DNA of 64,000 bases from Candidatus Bathyarchaeota archaeon (GCA_963706285.1 CAVPLU010000012.1:109344-173343); one strand, 5' to 3'; shown: positions 9,133 through 18,125, numbered from the stretch's first letter. Made by a program: numbers and translations. Notes: generated from the letters alone by a model not told the origin.

Positions 9133-9681
9133 TCACTCCACCGTCTCATAGACACGCCGTATTAGCTCTACGTTCTTCTCTCCGAGGCTTCCCGAGAAAC
9201 GATCCTTGATCGCCTTCTCAATCGAGCTTAAGGCTGCGAGTGGCGCAACCTTTGCGAGCGCACCCAGCATTGCAGTATTAACGATTGGCCGCCCAGCGAT
9301 CTTCATCGCCAGATGTGTTGCGTCTATGGTTCGAACTTGGCTCTGGCTCAATGAGAGTGTTGAAGCCATCTCACTTGACCGCTTGGGAGAGTTCAGAACC
9401 ACTTGCCCATTTTCTAACAGGCCCTTTGTGACTCTGACTGAAGCTAGGAGTGAGGAGTCGAGAACCACAACGAATCCCGGGTTGTAAATCTGGCTTCTTG
9501 TTTCTATTACCTCGTCGCTTATCCTCGTAAATCCAGAGATGGGAGCGCCAAGTCGCTCAGGCCCAAATTCCGGAAAGGCTTGGACATGTTTACCCTCAAG
9601 AAGGGCAGCCTGGGCAAGCAATCTGCTTGACGTGATCACGCCCTGCCCAGCCCGTCCATGCCATCTTACCTCATGAAGCAA
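9133..9681 (-). CDS. porG: oxidoreductase gamma subunit
   Basis: EVRWHGRAGQG, FPEFGPERLGAP, NTAMLGA. Confidence 0.93.
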   Translation of the reverse strand: MLHEVRWHGRAGQGVITSSRLLAQAALLEGKHVQAFPEFGPERLGAPISGFTRISDEVIETRSQIYNPGFVVVLDSSLLASVRVTKGLLENGQVVLNSPKRSSEMASTLSLSQSQVRTIDATHLAMKIAGRPIVNTAMLGALAKVAPLAALSSIEKAIKDRFSGSLGEKNVELIRRVYETVE

Positions 9682-10093
9682 TGAGAAATCTCCCGAAACT
9701 CTCGGGCGTGTACGCGAAAGCTACATATTAACAGCACGCAGGTCAATTTTCTATATAGGTTCGACAATTCGCTGTGAGTTCATTGTTAGAAGGGACGAGT
9801 TGAATCCTCTGGAAATCGCGCGTCCTATCGGATTCTTTCACGCGGAATCGGAGCATCTCACTCACGCCACGTGTTTTCGCGATGCAACTTGCCGATCTTG
9901 GAGGGCGACAGCGATGTCTGAGTTCAGCTTCTGAATGAGCACTTTCAAGTAGCTTTTCTTTGATTGACCGGCAAATGATTCCGTCAATCGACTTATCCTT
10001 TCATGTGGAGCACTAGATGCTTACATGTGATCTCTGCAACACGCGACAAAACTGAGATATGCTGGGTCGCGACAGAACTTGGTCTGACAAGGC

Positions 10094-10801
10094 TTGACGT
10101 ACTCCCCCATCATCGCAGTTCTCGTATCTGCATTGTTTGCGGCCATTTCCGATCTTGCTGGAGCTATACTCTTTCTGAAGTCGAGGTTTCGGTCTATTCA
10201 AACCAGGTACGCTGTAGGGTTTGCTTCTGGGATTCTGGTCTCCGCCGCATTCCTTGAACTTATTCCGCAGGCTGATGTGTCGACAAACGCGCTAATCGTT
10301 CTCCTAGGCTTCTTCACATTCTACTTGGTCGAGAAGGCGATAATGCTCCACTCTTGCGGTGAAGCTGAGTGCGAAGCGCATACTGTAGACTGGATCTCTA
10401 TCGTCGGAATGGCTTCTGACAACATTGTTGACGGAATAGGTATTGCGATCGGTTACGCGACAAATCCCTCCCTTGGTCTCGTGATCACTTTGGCAGTAAT
10501 CGCTCACGAGATCCCTCAAGGCTTCACGACAGCAGCACTCGCAACCAGATCGGGATTTCGCGTGTGGCGAATCATAGTTTTTCTCCTTATTGCGGGTGCC
10601 ATGTATCCAATCGGAGCTGCGCTGGCGTCACTCATACCGGCCAATTTCTACACCATGGCAATAGCATTTGTTGCAGGTGACTTCATCTACATAGGCGCGG
10701 GAGACCTTCTCGGGGAAGCCCATAAGAAGTTCAACGCAAGAGTGGTCATCTCAGTAGTTCTGGGCGGCCTAATCGCTGTAGCTCTCAACTTCCTCGGCTA
10801 G
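10094..10801 (+). CDS. ZIP family metal transporter
   Basis: About 8 TM helices; GFASGIL..AFLELIP, DNIVDG, AVIAHEIPQG, AFVAGDFIYI. Confidence 0.9.
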   Translation: MTYSPIIAVLVSALFAAISDLAGAILFLKSRFRSIQTRYAVGFASGILVSAAFLELIPQADVSTNALIVLLGFFTFYLVEKAIMLHSCGEAECEAHTVDWISIVGMASDNIVDGIGIAIGYATNPSLGLVITLAVIAHEIPQGFTTAALATRSGFRVWRIIVFLLIAGAMYPIGAALASLIPANFYTMAIAFVAGDFIYIGAGDLLGEAHKKFNARVVISVVLGGLIAVALNFLG

Positions 10802-10957
10802 AACTGGCTTGAGGTCAACCAAATCCTCTAGATCGAGACTCACGTTTTCTAGTCCATCACGACGACTCGCTACTCGCATGCATTGTACCATTCGCGTGCC
10901 CACCGTGGCCGAAACTGTTATCGTGATTGGAGCTTGAGTATGCCCTAGAGGCCGAAA

Positions 10958-11533
10958 GTGATGACACAGAAGATGATTCTCTACCACGAATCCTCGGGCG
11001 ATGCTAACACCGAGGCCACGCTCCTTGCCGCTAAAGACAGAGCTGCAGCATTGGGGATTCGCGAGATTCTCGTGGCTTCAACGGTCGGCAAGACCGCTGT
11101 GAGAGCCTTGGAGATATTCAACGGATTCAGGCTGATCGTGGTGCGTCACCATACGGGTTTTCGGCGCCCTGGATCGCAAGAAATGACAAAACAGAACGAG
11201 GATATCCTAGTCAAATCGGGTGTACCGATGGTGACCGCAGGTCATGCTTTCTCAGGTGTCGAACGTGCAATGAGAATAAAGCGAGGCACAATAGGGCCTT
11301 TGGAACTCATGGCCGACACGCTCAGACTCTTCGGCGAGGGCACAAAAGTCTGCTTGGAGATCACTGTTATGGCTGCAGACGCGGGTGCGATTCAAGTGGA
11401 TCAACCAGTGATCGCGATCGCAGGAACCGGCGAAGGAGCGGATACTGCATTAGTGGTTCAGCCTGCTCACTCGAACAACTTCTTTGACCTCTACGTGAAA
11501 GAGATCATAGCAAAGCCCTCAGCTCGAACATAG
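10958..11533 (+). CDS. MTH1675-like pyruvate kinase alpha/beta-domain protein
   Basis: NTEATL, VASTVGKTA, HHTGF, HAFSGVER, FGEGTKVCLEITVMAADAG, GTGEGADTA. Confidence 0.85.
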   Translation: MMTQKMILYHESSGDANTEATLLAAKDRAAALGIREILVASTVGKTAVRALEIFNGFRLIVVRHHTGFRRPGSQEMTKQNEDILVKSGVPMVTAGHAFSGVERAMRIKRGTIGPLELMADTLRLFGEGTKVCLEITVMAADAGAIQVDQPVIAIAGTGEGADTALVVQPAHSNNFFDLYVKEIIAKPSART

Positions 11534-12002
11534 GGTCGAGGACACTGTCGGCACGTACAATAGAGGTTAAGATCGCAGTATCATCTACTTATCTGGGGGT
11601 CCGAATGCAGCTTCGTCAAATGCTGTGGGCTCCGCGTCGGGTTCCCGTATGCGTGTTCGAAAAGACTCGTGGGAATAGTCTGACCTCTGATCGTCGACTC
11701 ATCTTCCTGGGAAGGATGACTGTCTCGCCTTTGCTATCCATCGGCGCTACAGGATATTTCGCCTATCTGGCTAACTGGGGGCGATTCCGCTCGATCGTGC
11801 TATCTGAGCTGAAACGTATCATGTCAGCTGCGGGCCTTGACAACTCGTATCAGATAGAGAATTGGTTCATGGCTAAGGATCGTTTGATTATTCATGTCGC
11901 AAAGAACTCTCAAGAAAAATGCAAGCCAATCCAATCTACTATACAATAGGGGACGACATTGGCTGAGACGAAGATTCCTCGAGACTGCATTAGGGTAAGA
12001 TC

Positions 12003-13099
12003 AATGATGGGCGTTCCATTTTTTGGAAACGATCAGCTCTCGTCCAAGACCTCTCGCTATCGTGCAAGTATTGTGGTTCAAGCTCGCTAGTCAAGCGCGG
12101 AAAACGACAGACAAAGCTCGGCGTGAAACTTCAGTATGAGTGTAAGGCGTGTGGACGATGGTTCGTCCAGAACGGAACGCATCTTCCACGCGCACGAATA
12201 GATGAACGCTTACAAGGCATGGCTGTCGATCTCTATTTCAGCGGGTTCAGTGTTCGCAAGATCAAGCGGTTCCTAGAAGAATACTACCACGTCCACAGTC
12301 AGCCATGTTGCGATCTACAAGTGGCTTCGCAAATACAGCCAACTACTAGACAGACTACACGCGCCAATTCAAGCCTACAACAGTCAGGCGTATGGAACGC
12401 GGACGAAATGATGGTCAAGGTTTCACATGAGAAGGTTGACCCAGTTAAGGCGCATAGAGGACGCTACTTCTACCTCTGGAATGTGGTGGACAACCAAACA
12501 CGGTTCCTACTAGCAAACAAACTCAACGCTCAATCGTGGCTATCCAGAAGCACGAAGCGTATTCCAAGAAGCACGACAAGTTGCCCGACAAGCTCCAAGC
12601 GTCGTCATAACGGACGCGGCCAAAGCGTACGAGGGCGCATACGCTGAAAGCGTACCCGAACTTCGCAAGATCGTTCACCTAAGCCGATGCAGTCTACGAT
12701 CAGGCCACAACGCAAGAATCGAACGGTTCCACGGCTCAGTCCGTGAACGCGAGAAAGTCATGCGATCACTGAAGCATCAGAAAAGCGGTCAAGAACTCCT
12801 AAACGCCTACCGAGTCTGGTACAACTACATTCCGACCACACATGAGCTTAGGCGGCCTAACGCCAGCACAAGCCGCAGAAATCCCACTAGACCTCGGACA
12901 AAGCAAGATGCTCAACCTAATCCGCAAAGCACGAGGACTAATCGCTAGACATACGAAGAGTTTCTACTACGACACAGGGTCACTGCTGAAATATGGACAT
13001 GGCTTGTGTGAGTGGCTGATCTCTTTCGGTCTCATAAGCATGTTTCCAAGTGTGCCGAGAAATCGGCCCGAATTGCTCGCATTCGACAACAGTCGGTGA
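12003..13099 (+). mobile_element. IS6-family DDE transposase with N-terminal zinc ribbon; multiple frameshifts
   Basis: CKYCGS...YECKACGRWF, WNADE, YLWNVVD..TRFLLA, ITD, NARIERFHG, WYNY, HMSLGGLTPAQAA spread over several frames; element ends not established. Confidence 0.8.
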
Positions 13100-13348
13100 T
13101 GAAGGGAAGAGCTGTCGTGCAGGCAGCGACACGAGCTGTAGTATGCGACAGTCTACAAGTCATCAACGATGAAGGTGAGGAACGCTACGGATGGAGGAGC
13201 CTAGCGCATCCGCGAACAGCCTTGACAGAACACCGAAACCCGATTCAACTTACGTGACAAAAGTTAACAGAACCTGATTCTTTACGCTCCAAGAAATTGG
13301 AGCCTGCCCAGATGCTTCCGTGGATTTCGCGCGTTGCCTGAGATTACC

Positions 13349-13711
13349 TCAGCCGGCCTTGGGGTTACTCTCCATGATTCCGAATGCGTTCCCTTCGGTG
13401 TCGACGCAGTAGCAGAAGTATCCTATGCCTGGGATGGCTGTTTTCGGTGTGACGGTTTTGCCCCCTGCCTCGATGATCTTCTTGGCGAATTCGTTGACCG
13501 ATGTAACTTCGATCGTGTTGACTGTGGTCTTCTGAGTTTCCCTAGTCATGATCGCACCGTTGATCCCCGGCTGGTTGTCTGGTCCCGTCGTGGCGAGCCA
13601 GTAATCGATCGGGCCCCATTTTTCGATCTTCCAGCCGAACACTCTCTCGTAGAACTTCACAGCTCGACCAGGATCGTCTGCGGGAATCTCGAAATGCACT
13701 ACCCTAGGCAA
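13349..13711 (-). CDS. VOC (glyoxalase/bleomycin resistance) family protein
   Basis: VVHFEIPADD...FYERVFGW...DTEGNAFGI. Confidence 0.92.
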   Translation of the reverse strand: MPRVVHFEIPADDPGRAVKFYERVFGWKIEKWGPIDYWLATTGPDNQPGINGAIMTRETQKTTVNTIEVTSVNEFAKKIIEAGGKTVTPKTAIPGIGYFCYCVDTEGNAFGIMESNPKAG

Positions 13712-13802
13712 AGAACTTGCACACTCATTGTTGACAACGTCCTTTCAGCTTCAAAAGCGTTGGGAGGTCCTTCTTGATGCAGGTCGCGGATCGATTATCC
13801 AA

Positions 13803-13933
13803 TATGGGGTAATTCAACGACTTCAATACGAGCTTCAGCACGTAGTCTTGATGTGTTAGTGCACCCGGGGGCCCATTTACCCCATTTGGGAATACTTATC
13901 CAGACAGACACCATTCTATACTATGGGGTAATT
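13803..13933. repeat. three copies of an ATGGGGTAA box (two direct, one inverted)
   Basis: TATGGGGTAATT at 13803-13814 and 13922-13933; TTACCCCAT at 13877-13885. Confidence 0.75.
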
Positions 13934-14369
13934 GTACGTGTCCATCCCTGAGACGATCAAGGACAAGGAATACTGGGCCGAGTACATGAAAAAACATGGC
14001 TTCGCAACCCCCAAGATCGAGGCCGATCGCACCAGCATCGGCGACTTGAAAGTATTCTGCAGCATACTATTCCCATACAATCCAAGGAAGGCTGAGCTGG
14101 CAGAAGCGATCCTTCGAGAAATGAGCCGAGCTCGCCTCAGCAAAGTCGAACTGTACAAGGACCTGGCTCCAAAACTGATCCGAGAGAAGCATTGCTCTGC
14201 GAGAACGCTAAGCCAAACTTGGCAGTCGCTTCTAAGGAGCGGCCTCCTAAGCCGCGCAAGAAGAAATGAACCAGCACAACTAAGCGACAAGTTCTCTAAC
14301 AGATTGGAAATGCTCGCACGCTATTGGCGCGAAAGGATCGTCGAAATACCCAAAGGAGAACTGGCCTAA
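13932..14369 (+). CDS. hypothetical winged-helix-like protein
   Basis: 145 aa; helical pattern ending SARTLSQTWQSLLRSGLLSR, then a short beta wing and a C-terminal helix. Confidence 0.6.
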   Translation: MYVSIPETIKDKEYWAEYMKKHGFATPKIEADRTSIGDLKVFCSILFPYNPRKAELAEAILREMSRARLSKVELYKDLAPKLIREKHCSARTLSQTWQSLLRSGLLSRARRNEPAQLSDKFSNRLEMLARYWRERIVEIPKGELA

Positions 14370-14520
14370 TCCTCGAATCTTGACCTCATTGAACGCAACG
14401 CCATCCTCAGTGAATGTGCTCATGCCCCCAATGGGTTGCGGGCTCTCCGGCACGTTGGCCGTTGCGAAAACTCGGCAATCCAATTTTTTGGATTGTTTCT
14501 GAACAATCCAGTTTTTTGGA

Positions 14521-14943
14521 CTACGCGGTGTATCGATTGTCAGTCTTTGGAGCGGCTTGACTTGCAGCCGGACTGGGAAGGGGCGGCAACGGGGCCGGAA
14601 TGCCAATCGTCTTTGAGATCAAAATCGCTTCCGCGATCGCCGTGCCTGAAATGGCTTGAATGACTTGCCCTGGAGGAGCTTTCTTCTCCTTCTGTTCCTG
14701 AAGGATCTTCTGCAGCTCATCCTTCTCGCCTTGGATCTTTGCGCGACCTTTGATGCTGATCTGCGCGATCGCAGGCGTGAAGTTAACAGTGAACACGAAC
14801 GGCGACCGTAGGCTCCCGTCGCTCTGCTCTTCTATCCCAAGCACGTTGATGTTCACCCCTATCTGAATCTGCGACGGCAAGTCCTTCTCGACATCCCACA
14901 AACGCTCGCCTGTCATGTTCGTCACAAATACGTTGACCTTCAC
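14521..14943 (-). CDS. conserved archaeal protein, probable SecB-like fold
   Basis: Four-strand then helix pattern: FVFTVNFTP..AQISIKG, ISKTIGIPAPLP. Confidence 0.65.
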   Translation of the reverse strand: MKVNVFVTNMTGERLWDVEKDLPSQIQIGVNINVLGIEEQSDGSLRSPFVFTVNFTPAIAQISIKGRAKIQGEKDELQKILQEQKEKKAPPGQVIQAISGTAIAEAILISKTIGIPAPLPPLPSPAASQAAPKTDNRYTA

Positions 14944-15078
14944 CCTGCAAACCTCAACCTACTACGCAGTCCCTCACGCCTCTTTAACCTTGTCAAACCA
15001 CCCCTGTCACGACTCGGTTCGACTTGACAGAAAGCCTCAAGTCATGGTTTTATGCGTGCGTTCCATTTTCCTATCCAT

Positions 15079-15103
15079 ATTCCGTTCCGCTTTGGAACGG
15101 AAT
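15079..15103. promoter_or_regulatory. perfect 10-bp inverted repeat upstream of the AbrB-like gene
   Basis: ATTCCGTTCC-gcttt-GGAACGGAAT, 16 nt before ATG 15120. Confidence 0.6.
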
Positions 15104-15119
15104 GCACATCGACTGACAG

Positions 15120-15389
15120 ATGATCGAATTGCTGGAAGTTTTGGCAAATTACGTCGCGACGAGAAAAAGAGGAAGAAACGGAAAAGTGTACGAATCGCCG
15201 CGGATCTACCTTCCAACGAAGCTGACGTGTGATTCGGGCTTTCCGCTGGCTGGAAGGATGACTAGAGTGAGAGTAAGGGTAGAGGGAAGGCGCCTGGTCG
15301 TAGAGAAGGCGTCAAAGAAGGATCTGAGGAGATTCGGCGAGTTGCCTGTCAAACGGACCAAACGTAAGAAACGCAGGAAGAGGCGATAG
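15120..15389 (+). CDS. small basic AbrB/MazE-like DNA-binding protein
   Basis: RIYLPTKL...FP...VRVRVEGRRLVVEKA swapped-hairpin pattern; Arg/Lys tail. Confidence 0.6.
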   Translation: MIELLEVLANYVATRKRGRNGKVYESPRIYLPTKLTCDSGFPLAGRMTRVRVRVEGRRLVVEKASKKDLRRFGELPVKRTKRKKRRKRR

Positions 15390-15915
15390 TGCTCGTTACT
15401 TTGGGAGAGGATCGAGCGCGACCAGACTGATGGATACGTTCGAGGTAGCCCTCGCGGTCTATCTCCCCCGCCCTTATGCGCGTCGAGGAAATCGGCTCGA
15501 AGTCCTCAGCGACAACCATTCCGATAGAAAGTACCGGTAAAGGCCTGAGGCCACGCCGTCTCCTTATCGTGTTGATCCTGTCAGCTGTCTTCTTGGTCAG
15601 TCGGCTCACTATGAGCGCAGCAATTGTCGAGTCATTGATCGCGGGGCCGTACGGGTCGTCCAAGGGCACTATCTTTGCCCTATCAGCAAGCTGCTCCTTC
15701 TTGAGGAAGGAGATGAGTTCCCGTTTTCTTTTCGGGTAGGGATCCACTCGATGATTCTTGACGAGTCGTTTGACGAAACCGTTGCGGCTCAAGCCAATTA
15801 GGACTCGGTCGCCTGCTCGAAAAGCCGTTCTGAGGAGGATCTTGTGGCCCCTGTGAAGTGCATCGAAGGTTCCGCCAACGGCCACTTCTCGGAAAGGCGG
15901 CCTTTTTGAAGTCAG
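15349..15915 (-). CDS. coaD: phosphopantetheine adenylyltransferase (archaeal type)
   Basis: VAVGGTFDALHRGH, DPYGP, ISSTRIRAGEIDREG; the upstream part of the 308-aa ORF overlaps the pantoate kinase gene and is spurious. Confidence 0.9.
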   Translation of the reverse strand: MTSKRPPFREVAVGGTFDALHRGHKILLRTAFRAGDRVLIGLSRNGFVKRLVKNHRVDPYPKRKRELISFLKKEQLADRAKIVPLDDPYGPAINDSTIAALIVSRLTKKTADRINTIRRRRGLRPLPVLSIGMVVAEDFEPISSTRIRAGEIDREGYLERIHQSGRARSSPKVTSTIASSCVSYVWSV

Positions 15916-16838
15916 AGCAACCGAGCCCCTGCGAAGTCCAAGGAAGACGAGAATGCTTGCACTCTGGGAAAGCGTTTTTTGACGGCTGCCAAGACCCTGC
16001 CTGCCAAATCCTCGATGGCAATCGCGTGAACTGCTTGTCCCAGCATGTTCTGGGTTGCACCGATTGCTCCAGCGTCCTCCATCACCTCTATGAGTTGGGC
16101 AGTCTGAGGCGACATCAAGCCCAATCCATAGGCAAATTCCTTTGAGGCAGTCATGAAGTTGGATGGTCGAAGATCTCTCACGATCGATTGAAAGGCCTCC
16201 TTGCCCAACGCATTGACTTTCTTCCTCAGATCTCTTGATCGTAGGGCTTCCTTGGTCGGTATTGGACCAACACATGCGGAGACAACTTTCAGATCAGGCG
16301 GGACTGATACTCTGTCAATCACAGCAATACCGGGACCTCCACTCTTCCGAGTAATGACAAAACCCCCCGTGAGGATTGGACCTACAGTTCCCAAGCCCGT
16401 TCCGTTAGCGATCTCTGCTCCATGCACTATTCGTCCAATCTCGTTGACGGACATTCCAAGATCTGCACCTTCAGCGAACGCAAGAGCTGCTGACATAGAA
16501 CCCGCAGCGCTGGCTCCGTAGCCTGCGCCAATCGGAACACGTACATCGTGCTCGACGATGACTTCGTACTTCTCTCCCGAGACCTGAAGAAGTCTTGAGA
16601 TCGCTGAAATGGTAGTCCTCGCTTCCTTGGCAAGCCGCTTGTTGATTCGAACAGAAATCTGCGATGTGTTTGCGTGCTTCAGTCGCACACGTGTTAGCAC
16701 GCCTCTGGATATCACCAACCCGCCACCTCGGGCGCCGGCGTATGAAGGATCTTTGAAGGGGCGCCCGTCGGGCCGCTTGTCGCGAATCTCGAAGAAGCTG
16801 CTGATCCCCGCAGGTGAGAACGCAGATGTCTCATGCAT
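15912..16838 (-). CDS. pantoate kinase (GHMP family)
   Basis: AFSPAGISSFF, PIGAGYGASAA, HGAEI..GTGLGTV, QNMLG; adjacent to coaD. Confidence 0.88.
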   Translation of the reverse strand: MHETSAFSPAGISSFFEIRDKRPDGRPFKDPSYAGARGGGLVISRGVLTRVRLKHANTSQISVRINKRLAKEARTTISAISRLLQVSGEKYEVIVEHDVRVPIGAGYGASAAGSMSAALAFAEGADLGMSVNEIGRIVHGAEIANGTGLGTVGPILTGGFVITRKSGGPGIAVIDRVSVPPDLKVVSACVGPIPTKEALRSRDLRKKVNALGKEAFQSIVRDLRPSNFMTASKEFAYGLGLMSPQTAQLIEVMEDAGAIGATQNMLGQAVHAIAIEDLAGRVLAAVKKRFPRVQAFSSSLDFAGARLL

Positions 16839-17584
16839 TTGCGTTCTTGCTCTTCGCTGCTCGCCCGATTCTGAGACTTGGCAAAGTCGCCTGTACTGCC
16901 TTGACTATGGGCGGGGTAAGCACCAGTAGGAACGGGATCTCAGACAAGTAGGTCCAGAGCGTGGTTCCGTATGCGAAGACGATCGGCAGAGGGCTAGAAC
17001 CCAGACCCAGAACTTGAGGCATCACAAACAAAGAGCTGTACGCGACTAACCCGAATCCGATTATGAGGCTTCCTAACGCGAGCCCGATTGACGAAGCCGC
17101 TTGCACATCCGCCCAAGACGAGCGCGCCAGATAAGGCACGGCGACCAGCGCGACCACAAGGGCACTGATTCCCGGCGAGAATTGACAATGTTGACCCCGA
17201 AAGACGCGTACACGCCGTACGCCGCTATGATGATCGGAGCCGCAATGCCTGCAATGATATTTCCGTATCTTGCTGCACCTTTCAGCGACCTTTGGAGAGA
17301 AATCCTAGAACACTGAATGCGACAAAGTTCGATGGCACACCGACGAGAAGACTGAGGAGCGCGTCGTGATGACCGTAGACTACGTCGGCGATGAAGATTC
17401 CAACTGCTGCACCTACGCCGCCGACCCATGGCCCAAAGAGAACCGCGAACGCGCCAGGAACAAAGACTTGGGGCCAGAATCTAACCCCGAAGAGAGTCGG
17501 AAGCGAGGCTGACAGTACACCCAAAGCGGCGTATAGCGCCGCGTTGAGGGAGGCCGTGGCTACCTGTAGTGCGGTCTCTCTCAT
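16831..17584 (-). CDS. ECF transporter S-component-like membrane protein, frameshifted
   Basis: VRFWPQV..P...LFGPWVGGVGAAVGIFIAD; pieces in 17282-17584, 17073-17429 and 16831-17157; co-oriented with CoA genes. Confidence 0.75.
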
Positions 17585-17677
17585 CTCAAATCGTCAGAGG
17601 CACGAGGCGCATATGCCTTAACACTTCCCTAGAGACACTGGGCATGTCTCCAAAGTGTATATAGAATGGATTTCAGC

Positions 17678-17692
17678 ATTTCCACTGGAAAT
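17678..17692. promoter_or_regulatory. 15-bp palindrome resembling a mini-ORB / operator
   Basis: ATTTCCA-C-TGGAAAT, just upstream of the TATA-like CTATATAC of the minus-strand CoA operon. Confidence 0.45.
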
Positions 17693-17960
17693 CGACGAGC
17701 GCTAGGACCACCGCGCCGCATCCTTTCTGTCTGAACTTCGATGAGCTCCAAGCGCGTTTTGATTACTTTTGATGGTGAGTTGCTGCATCTTCGCGACATC
17801 TGGAGCTTCCATGATAACAATTCCGAATTCTGCGAATCCACAGTGACCAGAGAGTGGACACTCGCTTTTTCGCGCCCAGTCGCAAGTCATCAACACTGCG
17901 GATCAAGAAGATCCGGATGTGAAGGTTTTTACGGGCACAAGCGCTCTCAACTGTTTGCGT

Positions 17961-18125
17961 AGCCCGGTGGTGTAGCGGTCAAACAGCCTAATGGACTAGG
18001 CATAGCAATGGCGCCAGACCAATGAGGCCACTAGATGGCTCTGGATCCCGCACTAGGAGAAGAAACCTGCCGACGGGAGTTCGAATGGTTCGTTAGAGAA
18101 CCCGAACATCTCCCCCGGGCTACCA
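17961..18125 (+). tRNA. tRNA-Gln(CUG) with four introns (17983-17999, 18008-18036, 18045-18064, 18086-18108) and encoded CCA
   Basis: Spliced product AGCCCGG TG GTGT AGCGGTCAA GCAT A GCAGG CTCTGGA CCTGC CGAC GGGAG TTCGAAT CTCCC CCGGGCT ACCA (76 nt); BHB-type motif at each junction; TTTTTA about 30 nt upstream. Confidence 0.9.

Noticed and set aside
9863-9985. Possible ~41-aa minus-strand ORF (TESFAGQSKKSYLKV...) between porG and the ZIP gene
   Set aside because: TTG start, weak SD and no motif, so it cannot be told from chance.
10047-10064. AAACTG-AG-ATATGCTG upstream of the ZIP transporter, resembling the 22-bp paralog motif (possible metal regulon)
   Set aside because: The spacer is 2 nt rather than 6, and TATGCTG occurs at other unrelated places in the window. 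Too weak without a genome-wide scan.
15916-16275. Long N-terminal extension on the PPAT ORF
   Set aside because: It is an off-frame overlap with the pantoate kinase gene.
18046-18074. Alternative tRNA parse using TCCCG as the 3' anticodon strand, with an intron in the variable loop
   Set aside because: No complementary CGGGA 5' strand is available. GCAGG/CCTGC pairs perfectly and places the intron at the canonical 37/38 site.
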